The notes beneath the pieces are model-generated. The model was not told the DNA's origin, ran no database searches, and saw only the letters and a program-made list of their open reading frames with translations. Below, one piece after another: positions 51,504-60,097 of a DNA stretch of 64,000 nt. Source of the DNA: Nitrospinales bacterium (GTDB lineage Bacteria; Nitrospinota; Nitrospinia; Nitrospinales; VA-1); assembly GCA_965223795.1 (NCBI GenBank), contig CBDCXL010000002.1, forward strand, positions 1,568,001-1,632,000, in the 5' to 3' direction. Each line of letters starts with the position of its first letter. Positions within the stretch are counted from its first letter, which is position 1. The translations under genes and the position numbers were made by a program.

Positions 51504-51527
51504 AAGGAAGTAAGGAAGTAAGGAAGT
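51504..51527. repeat. 8-bp tandem repeat (AAGGAAGT)x3
   Basis: Read directly from the sequence. Confidence 0.9.
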
Positions 51528-51543
51528 TTTGAAAATTGACTCA

Positions 51544-51611
51544 GGAGAGATGAGCGAGTGATTCAGAATCACTCTTGAACAGGGTGCGGGATGCCAATCC
51601 CTCCCTCTCCC
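51544..51611 (+). pseudogene. decayed tRNA-Ser-like remnant
   Basis: Starts GGAGAGATGAGCGAGTG and ends AATCCCTCCCTCTCC like neighbouring tRNA-Ser genes; middle arms are lost. Confidence 0.55.
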
Positions 51612-51627
51612 TCACTTAAAAATATTT

Positions 51628-51715
51628 GGAGAGGTGGCCGAGCGGCTGAAGGCGCACGCTTGGAAAGCGTGTGTAGGCTAAACCCCTACCGAGGGTTCGA
51701 ATCCCTCCCTCTCCG
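51628..51715 (+). tRNA. tRNA-Ser(GGA)
   Basis: Loop TT-GGA-AA, long variable arm; no encoded CCA. Confidence 0.95.
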
Positions 51716-51733
51716 TGGAAATCAGTTCGAATT

Positions 51734-51844
51734 GGCAGATTTGTTGGGCCTCACGCAACCTGGCTTTGTGAACCCCGTCAGATCCGGAAGGAAGCAGCGG
51801 TAGCAAATACCCTGGTGTGCTGTGAGTTCCCCAACAATTCTGCC
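51734..51844 (+). ncRNA. ffs: SRP RNA (4.5S)
   Basis: Long hairpin GGCAGA...TCTGCC with helix-8 TCAGATCCGGAAGGAAGCAGC; upstream of dnaX. Confidence 0.93.
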
Positions 51845-51884
51845 TTGAAACACGCCCCACCTTCGGCTTTCCCGCGACGGTCCT

Positions 51885-53519
51885 ATGGAATTCAAGGTCT
51901 CGGCTCGAAAATGGCGGCCGCAAAAATTCAGTGAGCTGATCGGACAGGAGCACATCGTCCGGACCTTGAAGAACGCCCTGGAGATGGACCGCATTTCCCA
52001 TGCGTACCTGTTTTCCGGAACCCGCGGCGTGGGCAAGACCACGACGGCGCGCATTCTGGCGAAAGCGCTCAACTGCACCGAGCCGGAAGGGGTCGAGCCC
52101 TGCGATCACTGCGCGGCGTGCGTCGAGATCCGCGAAGGTGCGAGCATCGATGTGCGCGAGATCGACGGCGCGTCGAACAACGGCGTCGCGGAAGTGCGGG
52201 ATCTCATCGAAAACGTGCAGTACGCCACCTCTTCGCTGAAGCACAAGGTCTACATCATCGATGAAGTGCACATGCTCTCCAAAAGCGCGTTCAACGCGCT
52301 TTTGAAAACGCTGGAAGAGCCGCCCGAGCGCGTGGTCTTTGTCTTTGCGACCACCGAGCTGATCAAGATTCCCGAGACCATCCTTTCGCGCTGCCAGTGT
52401 TTCGAATTCAAACCGCTGTCGCATAAGCAGATCGTCGAGCAGCTGGAACTCATCTGCAAGCAGGAGGGCATCGGTATCGAAACCGTGAGCCTGGAAGCGA
52501 TTTCGAAAAACGGTTCGGGCAGCATGCGCGACGCGCAGAGCCTGCTGGATCAGGTGATCGCTTTCAGCGGGCAGACGGTGACGGCCGATTCGGTGGAGAC
52601 GGTGCTCGGCATCGTCAGCCAGGAAGCGATGCGGTTGTTTGTGGACCGGGTGATCGAAAAGGACGCTTCGGCGTTGATCGCGCAGGTGCAGGAAATCGTC
52701 GGTTCGGGAAAAGACCTGCATTATTTCTGCCGCGATCTCACCGCGTACTTCCGCAATCTGATGATGATCCGGGTCGCAAAAAATCCGCAATCGGTTCTCG
52801 ATCCGCACACCAGCTCGCTTGACGTTCTCAAGCAACAGGCGGAAGCGTTCGATGCGGATTCGCTGCAGCAGATGTTCGCCGTGTTGTGCCGCGCCGAGGA
52901 CGCCATGCGCCGCACCTCGATGGCGCAGTGGGTGTTCGAGATGGCGGTGCTGAGGCTTCTGGATGCGCGTCCGTATCAAAACATCGACGCGCTGATCGAC
53001 CGGATCGATCGCGCACAGCCGGAAGGAGCCGTTGAAACCAGCGGCAACGGCCCTGCGGCAGTGGTTGAAAGGCCGGTTGCGCGGCCGGCCGGGGAGGCGC
53101 AAAATGAAAACGGTCCACAGGCCGCGGCCGAGGGCGGATTTTCCTGGCAGCGGATGCAGGAGGCCATTCTCAAGCGGAAGAAACTGTTCGGACATTACCT
53201 CACCCAGTGCCGGGTCGATTCGGTGGACGCGTCTACGCTTTGCATCGGCGTTTCCGATTCCATGACGAAAAGCATGATGGAGCAGCCGGATAATCTCAAG
53301 CTGCTCAAGGAAGCGGCGCAACAGGTGAACGGCGAGGCGATGGAAGTGACGTTGAAATTGATCTCCAGGGAATCGCCGGGACGCGAAGCACCGGCAACCG
53401 GTGCGAACCCGAAAAAAAAAAATTCCATTGACCCTGGAGGGCAGGGGTTGGGAGAGAAATCGGAATCCGAAATCATTCAGGAGGCGCTGGATATTTTCGG
53501 AGGCGTCGTCGTGCGCTGA
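51885..53519 (+). CDS. dnaX: DNA polymerase III subunit tau/gamma
   Basis: ARKWRPQ, GTRGVGKTT, IIDEVHML and ILSRCQ motifs. Confidence 0.97.
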   Translation: MEFKVSARKWRPQKFSELIGQEHIVRTLKNALEMDRISHAYLFSGTRGVGKTTTARILAKALNCTEPEGVEPCDHCAACVEIREGASIDVREIDGASNNGVAEVRDLIENVQYATSSLKHKVYIIDEVHMLSKSAFNALLKTLEEPPERVVFVFATTELIKIPETILSRCQCFEFKPLSHKQIVEQLELICKQEGIGIETVSLEAISKNGSGSMRDAQSLLDQVIAFSGQTVTADSVETVLGIVSQEAMRLFVDRVIEKDASALIAQVQEIVGSGKDLHYFCRDLTAYFRNLMMIRVAKNPQSVLDPHTSSLDVLKQQAEAFDADSLQQMFAVLCRAEDAMRRTSMAQWVFEMAVLRLLDARPYQNIDALIDRIDRAQPEGAVETSGNGPAAVVERPVARPAGEAQNENGPQAAAEGGFSWQRMQEAILKRKKLFGHYLTQCRVDSVDASTLCIGVSDSMTKSMMEQPDNLKLLKEAAQQVNGEAMEVTLKLISRESPGREAPATGANPKKKNSIDPGGQGLGEKSESEIIQEALDIFGGVVVR

Positions 53520-53548
53520 CCCAATAACTGCGAGCTTGGTGTAAAAGC

Positions 53549-53872
53549 ATGGATACAAACTGGATGTCCCTGTTCAAACAGGCGAAGGAGCTGCAGTCCC
53601 GTATCGCGGACATACAGCAGCAACTGGCGGGAAAAACCGTGGAGGCCACCACCGGAGGCGGGATGGTGAAGATCAAGGCCAACGGTCTCAACCAGATTAT
53701 TTCCATCGACATCGACGAGGAACTCATCAACATGCAGGATCGGGAAGTGCTCGAAGACCTGATCGTCGCCGCCACCAACGAAGTTCAGAAAAAAGTCAAG
53801 GAGCTGGCGCAGGAAGAAACGGCGCGGCTCACCGGCGGTCTGAAAATTCCGGGGCTGTTTCCGGGGACGTGA
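53549..53872 (+). CDS. ybaB: YbaB/EbfC nucleoid-associated protein
   Basis: GGGMVKI..NG and LEDLIVAA.N motifs; dnaX-ybaB-recR synteny. Confidence 0.95.
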   Translation: MDTNWMSLFKQAKELQSRIADIQQQLAGKTVEATTGGGMVKIKANGLNQIISIDIDEELINMQDREVLEDLIVAATNEVQKKVKELAQEETARLTGGLKIPGLFPGT

Positions 53873-54007
53873 CGGGCGCTTGCCCTTTGCGTTTGGGAGA
53901 CAAGGGTTTTTTTATACCGTCGAATTTTCTTTGGGCTCTTGATTCTAAGTGTGAAAAGGACTGCCGCGTGAAATTTAAAGTGCCCCCAATCCGGGTTTGA
54001 TGCGTCT

Positions 54008-54607
54008 GTGAAACGTCCTTCCGCGGTAAAAGAACTTGTCGATGAATTGAAGCGCCTGCCGGGGGTGGGGCAGAAAACCGCCGAGCGGCTGGCGTTTTTT
54101 CTGATGCGCAGCCCTAAAGAAACGACGGCGCGGCTGGCCCGGGCCATCGAGAACGTTCAGGAAAAAATCCGTTTGTGCTCGGTGTGCCACGGCATTACGG
54201 AATCGGATCCCTGCGCCATCTGCAGCGATCCCAGCCGTGATCGTTCGCGGATTCTCGTGGTGGAGGAACCGCACGACGTCTATATTTTTGAGAGCGTCGG
54301 CAAGTACAACGGCGTGTACCACGTTCTGATGGGTGTCATCTCCCCGCTGGACGGGGTCGGTCCCTCGGACCTGACGATCGATTCACTCAAGAAAAAAGTC
54401 CAGACGGGCGCTGTCAGCGAAGTGATCCTGGCTCCCAATCCCGACATGGAAGGGGAGTCCACGTCCGTGTTCCTCGCGAAAATGCTGAAACCGTTTTCGA
54501 TCCGGGTGACGCGCATCGCCCGCGGGCTCCCTGTCGGATCGGACATTGAATACGCGGATTCGGTCACCTTGTTGAAATCGCTGGAAGGACGGACTGAAAT
54601 CCTGTAA
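54008..54607 (+). CDS. recR: recombination mediator RecR
   Basis: LPGVGQKTAERLAF, C4 Zn finger, ISPLDGVGP and RIARGLPVG motifs. Confidence 0.97.
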   Translation: MKRPSAVKELVDELKRLPGVGQKTAERLAFFLMRSPKETTARLARAIENVQEKIRLCSVCHGITESDPCAICSDPSRDRSRILVVEEPHDVYIFESVGKYNGVYHVLMGVISPLDGVGPSDLTIDSLKKKVQTGAVSEVILAPNPDMEGESTSVFLAKMLKPFSIRVTRIARGLPVGSDIEYADSVTLLKSLEGRTEIL

Positions 54608-54779
54608 ACTGACCTTTCCAAATTCAGTGTCGTTGTGGTACAAATAGGGCGGTTTTGGACTCGGGTGAACCTTGAGGCCGGAATTTGATCCCGGCTGCCG
54701 GTTCCCGGTCTTTAAAATTCAGACGGCGTTCTTTCCATCGAACGGGAAGGACGATACACATTTTAAATTCCAATACCAT

Positions 54780-54854
54780 TCCGGTGTGGCGCAATGGTAG
54801 CGCAAGCGGCTGTTAACCGCTGTGTTACAGGTTCGAGTCCTGTCACCGGAGCCA
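54780..54854 (+). tRNA. tRNA-Asn(GTT)
   Basis: Loop CT-GTT-AA, encoded CCA. Confidence 0.95.
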
Positions 54855-54862
54855 GATCAGGG

Positions 54863-54891
54863 GCCGACCCCGAAAGGGGTCGGCTTTTTTT
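54863..54891 (+). terminator. intrinsic terminator
   Basis: GCCGACCCC-GAAA-GGGGTCGGC followed by T7. Confidence 0.9.
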
Positions 54892-54970
54892 GTGCGTTTG
54901 TGAGGGATTGTTCCGCGTTGAGCTCAATGCCCAATCGGGATGGAGTTGCGCGTCTGCCCTTTACTGAAAG

Positions 54971-55498
54971 CTAAAACGCGCCCCAGTCCTGCTTTCCGGG
55001 AATGTAGTGGCTCGGCGTGATGTAGCGGAACATATTGGCGAACCGGCGCGCCTGGGCCAGCTTGTCCTGACTTTGCTGCTTCACCTGCATCAATTCATTG
55101 TCGAACACTTCCGAAAAATAGGCTTTGGCGGCGTCTTTGCGTTCCTGTTCGGTCTTGAACTGGTTGCGGATCTGAAACAATTCGCCCGCATCGAGCCAGA
55201 TGCCGCCGCATTGGGCGCACTCGTCGATTTCCACATGCCGCTTGACGCTGACAAAATGCCGCGACATGGTGATGTCCTGACATTTGGGGCAGCTGTGACG
55301 CGCCTGCTGATCCGCGGAATCACTCAGAGTGGTTTCGATGCCGCACAGCACTTCCCCGGCGGATTCGTGCGGCTCATCAAATTTTTTGAATTCGTGATTG
55401 TCAAACCAGATTCCACCGCATCCTTCCAGGCAGACATCCAGGGCGACGCCGCCGGCTTCCATCGGCTTGAGCGGGCGGGTGCATGCAGGGCAGTTCAT
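54971..55498 (-). CDS. double zf-TFIIB-type zinc-ribbon protein
   Basis: Two CPxC...D.C..CGGIW.D..E repeats; AGGAGG RBS. Confidence 0.85.
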   Translation of the reverse strand: MNCPACTRPLKPMEAGGVALDVCLEGCGGIWFDNHEFKKFDEPHESAGEVLCGIETTLSDSADQQARHSCPKCQDITMSRHFVSVKRHVEIDECAQCGGIWLDAGELFQIRNQFKTEQERKDAAKAYFSEVFDNELMQVKQQSQDKLAQARRFANMFRYITPSHYIPGKQDWGAF

Positions 55499-55753
55499 CG
55501 TGTCTCCTCCTCCTGTTCCGGTCGTGTGAAAAATACCCCAAAAGGCTTGATATTGGCCGCGTGCGGGCCTACATCTAAGATAAATCAAACCCGCTCCATT
55601 GTAAATGATTGAATTAGAAAGGTTTGTGCTTGGGGTAAGGGCCGGTTTCCCGGATGTTTTCAACGGGGGGCGGAAGGCTTGAGGGTGAAACGGGAATTCA
55701 AGCGCAACGCCACCCCGGATTACGGTTGCTGCGAGATGTTGGAGAGGTTGAAT

Positions 55754-56356
55754 CTACCAAAGCAGGCCGTGACCGAACGCACCCCGGCTGAAGCCGTTGA
55801 AGCCGCCCACCACCGCGCCGATGGCGGCTCCGGCTCCCGGATCGCCGACGACCGCGCCGATCGCCGCTCCCGCGGCGGCTCCCAGGGCGCCGCCCAGCAG
55901 GGTGTCGCCGGCAACGTAACTGCCATAGCCCGGGGAATAATAGGGCGAACGGGAATAATAAACCGGGGGAGAATGCACGACTGCCGGAGTCCGGTAAACT
56001 GTGCGCTGCCGGACGGGGCGCTGGATGGGCGGCGGCCCGTAACGGTAGTCCCATTCGTCGTACTGAGTGCCGTGGGCGTAGGCTTGTGCGTCGGCGGAAC
56101 GTCCCTGGGGGATGCAGTGTTTGTAGGTCCGCTCTTTGACCAGACCGTCGGGTCCGTATTCCCGGTAGGTGTGCTCGCACACATGACTGTCCCTGGGGCA
56201 GGACGCTGTGGATGGCGCCTGCGGTTCGGTGCTGCTGATGAGGTAGCCGCCTTCGTACGTTGCCACGGTGCGGTTTTGCGCCCCGGCGGACAAAGGAGTG
56301 AACGCCAGGGTGAGAAACCCGAGCAGTGCGAGTAGCGACAAACGTTTCGGACTCAT
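55754..56356 (-). CDS. exported glycine-zipper protein
   Basis: Signal peptide, Tyr/Pro-rich middle and GGALGAAAGAAIGAVVG zipper. Confidence 0.8.
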   Translation of the reverse strand: MSPKRLSLLALLGFLTLAFTPLSAGAQNRTVATYEGGYLISSTEPQAPSTASCPRDSHVCEHTYREYGPDGLVKERTYKHCIPQGRSADAQAYAHGTQYDEWDYRYGPPPIQRPVRQRTVYRTPAVVHSPPVYYSRSPYYSPGYGSYVAGDTLLGGALGAAAGAAIGAVVGDPGAGAAIGAVVGGFNGFSRGAFGHGLLW

Positions 56357-56609
56357 GGCAGCGCCTCCGTGTTCAGGATTGCGGATTGCTGGGAAAGTAT
56401 CTCCTTACAATATACTCCTTCAGACGGTCATGTCAATTTTATGCATAAAACTTGGTTTAATATTCAATCTATTTTCAGGGAAGGATAGGGAGGAGGTAAA
56501 AGGGAGGACCCCCTCCCCGGAGGCAGGGAGGGGGCGGCAATCAGGGACCATCCATTCTAGGGGATGGATGGAGTTGACTCCAGTACCCGAGGGTGCAGAC
56601 CGATGGTGG

Positions 56610-57161
56610 TTACCACAGGCCATGCCCCAAGAGGCTGCGGCTGGCGCCGCTCAATCCGCCGATGACCGCGCCGATCGCGGCTCCGTCACCCGGGCTGCCG
56701 ACCACCGCACCAATGGCGGCACCCGCGGCGGCTCCAAAAGCGCCCCCGACGAGGGTCCCGGAGACGGGATCATGGCTCGGATTGTACTGTGCGGCCGGTG
56801 CCGGAGCGGTGTAACGCGGTTCCACATACACCGGCTGCGGAGCTTTATAAATCGTCACGTGTTTTTCGTAATGATGACTGGGCTTGTGATGATGCCCATA
56901 ATGATGGTGGTGATGATGATGGTGCCTGTGATGCCGTCTCCACTTTTTATGGCGATGCCCGTAGTCATCGTGGCTGCGATACGTGCGGGTCACGATTTCC
57001 ACTTCGTTGTCGTAATCGCCATAACTGCGGGTGACGGTTTTTACGGTTTTCGTGTGCGTGTAGCCGTGCTCGCTGCCCCGGTACCGGTCGTGGGCAAACG
57101 CAGAGGTGCTCATCACCAGGAGCAGAATGGAACTCAATGTGAGAATTTTTATCGGTTTCAT
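56610..57161 (-). CDS. exported His-rich glycine-zipper protein
   Basis: GGAGGT RBS, signal peptide, poly-His tract and a paralogous zipper. Confidence 0.8.
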   Translation of the reverse strand: MKPIKILTLSSILLLVMSTSAFAHDRYRGSEHGYTHTKTVKTVTRSYGDYDNEVEIVTRTYRSHDDYGHRHKKWRRHHRHHHHHHHHYGHHHKPSHHYEKHVTIYKAPQPVYVEPRYTAPAPAAQYNPSHDPVSGTLVGGAFGAAAGAAIGAVVGSPGDGAAIGAVIGGLSGASRSLLGHGLW

Positions 57162-57587
57162 GATCTTACCTCCGTTGCTTAATTGAATGCCTCCCATTCA
57201 ACTATATCTACTTTTGTAAGTATATTTACTGTTAAATTTATTGTCAAATATTTTTTTACTTTTATGGGCAGAAATTTCTTTTTTATTCCCGCAGGTTCCG
57301 GTTGGCGGCAATCCCCTTAAATTTCAACTACTTTTGATCCGGTTTCTTCCGTAAAAGGTTCATGTATTGTCTGAAGGAATTAAGATTCTCCGGCATTTTC
57401 AATTCTTTATGTGATAAACCTCACATAAAGTCGTTGTAATCCCATCAAATTAGTGATAAAAATTTTCGCTGCCAGTGTCAATCGGCTCTCCCTTGCCTGC
57501 CCTGTAACCGAAATCTGGCTTCTTACCCGTTTCCGCATTGGAGTTCCCGCAAAATTTCAATAATGACCCTTTTACCTTGAGGTGGCC

Positions 57588-58634
57588 ATGCCGGTGAAAA
57601 ATCAGCCGCATCCCATTCGTGCCTTTCTTCTCGAAAAGATCCCGCAGTATCCCCGGAACATCGTGGCGCTGGCATCGAAGGAATTTTCCGTCAGCCGCAC
57701 CACGGTGCACCGGCATCTGAACCGGCTGGAGCGGGACGGCAAAATCATCAAAACAGGCACCACCAAGCAGGCGGCCTATTTTCTCAAAACCAGCCTCGAC
57801 AAGACCCTGATCTTCAACCGGGATACCGGCGCAGTGGGAAAAGAAATCTGGAGTCAGTACCTGGCCGCGGACTTTTCCCGGTTGAAACCCGCCCAGATTG
57901 AAATCTGCGCGTACGGATTCGCGCAGGCGTTCGACAATGCCTGCCTGCATTCTGAGAGCAAGGGGATCGTGGTGAAAACGGTGTGGAAGGAAAATTCGGT
58001 GGAGCTCAATGTCATCGACGACGGGGTGGGCCTGTTCGAAAAAATCCGCAATGAGCAGGGTCTGGCGGACAAGCGCGAAAGCGTGCTGCCGCTGGCGCAC
58101 GGTGTGCTTCGCTGGAATCCTGAGAACCCGCCGGGTCTGTTGACGGTGTCGAGGGCGTTCGACATGTTCGGCGTGCTTGCCAACGGACTTTTTTATTTTA
58201 AGGACAACCGCAATGACGACTGGTTTCTGGAAAGCAAGCCCAAGGCCCGCAGCAAGGGCACGCGGGTGTCGATGGCGCTGCATTTTGATTCGGTGCGGAC
58301 GCTGAGCGCGGTGCTTCCGCAACCGCGCGCAACGGCTGAGACGGAGCGGCGATCGGCGGAGGTGCGCATCGCGCTGGGCCGGTTTGATGAGGAACCCTAT
58401 GTGTCGCGCATCCAGGCGCAGCGGCTGCTCAAAGGCATGGACCGGTTCCAGCGGGTGGTGCTGGATTTCACCGGGATCACCACGGTGGGACAGGCTTTCG
58501 TCGATGAGGTGTTCCGGGTGTATGCTGCGGACAATCCAGACACCCGGCTGGATGTGATCCACGCCAACGAAGACGTGCGCTTCATGATCCAGCACGGCAC
58601 ACCGCAATCGGAAGCGTTGAGCGTCGATTCGTGA
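57588..58634 (+). CDS. HTH + HATPase-like + STAS-like (DUF4325) protein
   Basis: VSRTTVHRHL HTH, DNACLHS...DDGVG and VVLDFTGITTVGQAFVDEVF. Confidence 0.8.
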   Translation: MPVKNQPHPIRAFLLEKIPQYPRNIVALASKEFSVSRTTVHRHLNRLERDGKIIKTGTTKQAAYFLKTSLDKTLIFNRDTGAVGKEIWSQYLAADFSRLKPAQIEICAYGFAQAFDNACLHSESKGIVVKTVWKENSVELNVIDDGVGLFEKIRNEQGLADKRESVLPLAHGVLRWNPENPPGLLTVSRAFDMFGVLANGLFYFKDNRNDDWFLESKPKARSKGTRVSMALHFDSVRTLSAVLPQPRATAETERRSAEVRIALGRFDEEPYVSRIQAQRLLKGMDRFQRVVLDFTGITTVGQAFVDEVFRVYAADNPDTRLDVIHANEDVRFMIQHGTPQSEALSVDS

Positions 58635-59371
58635 GTGCGCTGGGCCTGCGCTCACAAGGGCGGACGCAAAAAAACTGCGGCTTGCTGGCGGCGGGGTTCA
58701 CCGCGTTGTGGATTTTTTCGGCGCCGGCATTCGGGGGGAGCATCGAAGGGCAAGTCAAAGAGGTGACGAGCGGCGACACGATCACGATTCAAACTGAAGA
58801 GGGGCGGTTTTACAAAATCCGCCTGATGGGTGTCGATGCGCCGGAGCTTTCGCAGACGTTCGGCAGACAGGCGCGGTCGTTCACGCAAAGTCTTGCGGCT
58901 GGAAAAACGGTGCAAGTGGAAGTCACTCTGGTGGACCGTTTCCAGCGGCGGATCGGGACCGTCACGCTGCCGGACGGCAGGCCGCTCCATGAAGTGCTGG
59001 TCGAATCGGGGCACGCCTGGCACTACCCCGCTCTGCATCCTGTGAGCGGACGGCTCGACGAACTGGAAAAGCAGGCCCGGCAACACCGGCTCGGTCTGTG
59101 GGTGGACACGGAGGCGGTGCCCCCGTGGCAGTTCCGGCGAGAACGTTCTCACCCGAAACCGCCGACTACCCTGCAGGAAATGGATTACGACCGCTATTTC
59201 GAGTACGGCCTGATCGGAAATCCCCAAAGCCGGACCTATCTCTGGCCTGCGTGCGCGGGCTATCCGCAAGCCCCAAAAGGCTGGATACGCTTCGGCAGTT
59301 TTGCCACGGCGGAGGAAATGGGCTACCGCAGAGCCGGCGAATGCCCGCGAAAAACTGCGCAAACCCATTGA
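58631..59371 (+). CDS. exported thermonuclease (SNase) with C-terminal Ada-metal-binding-like domain
   Basis: GDTI, IRLMGVDAPE..Q.FG, GLW..PPWQFR; then IGN..S..Y..P.C...F....AEEMGYR...C. Confidence 0.85.
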   Translation: MSALGLRSQGRTQKNCGLLAAGFTALWIFSAPAFGGSIEGQVKEVTSGDTITIQTEEGRFYKIRLMGVDAPELSQTFGRQARSFTQSLAAGKTVQVEVTLVDRFQRRIGTVTLPDGRPLHEVLVESGHAWHYPALHPVSGRLDELEKQARQHRLGLWVDTEAVPPWQFRRERSHPKPPTTLQEMDYDRYFEYGLIGNPQSRTYLWPACAGYPQAPKGWIRFGSFATAEEMGYRRAGECPRKTAQTH

Positions 59372-59571
59372 GTGCGGGTTTTTTGGGGGCTTTTCGCACT
59401 TTCGCCAAAACACTTGGGAATCGGGCGCTTTTGGGATATGCTGTTGATTTTTAAGGAGTCTCGCTGTTAAAATCAATATGGCCCGGTGCATCGGCAACCG
59501 CGATGACGCTGGATTGTTTTACCTGTGAGACACCTTCATCAACCACAGCCTTTCCAGGTGCCATTTCTGCA

Positions 59572-59952
59572 ATGAAGAGTCTTTTTTTCAAACGAGGGGA
59601 AAAGATCATCTCCGAAGGGACGGCGAGCGACTGCGCTTACATCATCGAGTCGGGCAGCGTCGAGGTTTCCAAAAAGGAAACCAATGGAGAGCGCAAGGTC
59701 CTCAGCACCTTGAAGCAGAACGATATCTTCGGTGAAATGGGGCTGATCGACGGCCTGCCGCGTTCCTGCTCGGTGGTCGCTCTGGAGGATAGCACCATCA
59801 CGGTTCTCACTCAGGACACCTTCAATTCCCTTGCCGATCACAAGCCCCAGGCCCTCATGCCGATATTGAAAGTTCTGGCCGCCCGCCTGCGCTCTACCCT
59901 GAAGATCGTTGAGGAGCTGCAGAAAGCCGAACGATCCCCACAACCCCGTTAA
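59572..59952 (+). CDS. cyclic-nucleotide-binding domain protein
   Basis: YIIESGSVEV and FGEMGLIDGLPRS motifs. Start may be 59503. Confidence 0.88.
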   Translation: MKSLFFKRGEKIISEGTASDCAYIIESGSVEVSKKETNGERKVLSTLKQNDIFGEMGLIDGLPRSCSVVALEDSTITVLTQDTFNSLADHKPQALMPILKVLAARLRSTLKIVEELQKAERSPQPR

Positions 59953-60097
59953 CGTTTCAACCCTAAAAAAACAAGTCTTTCCTGGATCTGTCCGGCCTGA
60001 ACGCGATTGCCGTTCTGTGGCTGGAAACCGGTTGCGCCCTGCCCTTCGCGTGGTGTAAAGTCGATGAGCGCGATCAATCTTTTTTGAGGATGGGCCT

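Noticed and set aside
51504..51527. CRISPR array
   Set aside because: Only an 8-bp tandem repeat without spacers; no CRISPR-like repeats or cas genes were seen anywhere in the window.
54610..54779. 6S RNA or riboswitch between recR and tRNA-Asn
   Set aside because: Only short hairpins; no long closing stem with a central bubble. More likely a tRNA promoter and leader.
54855..59400. Genomic island integrated at tRNA-Asn
   Set aside because: No integrase and no duplicated tRNA-Asn 3' end were found by eye.
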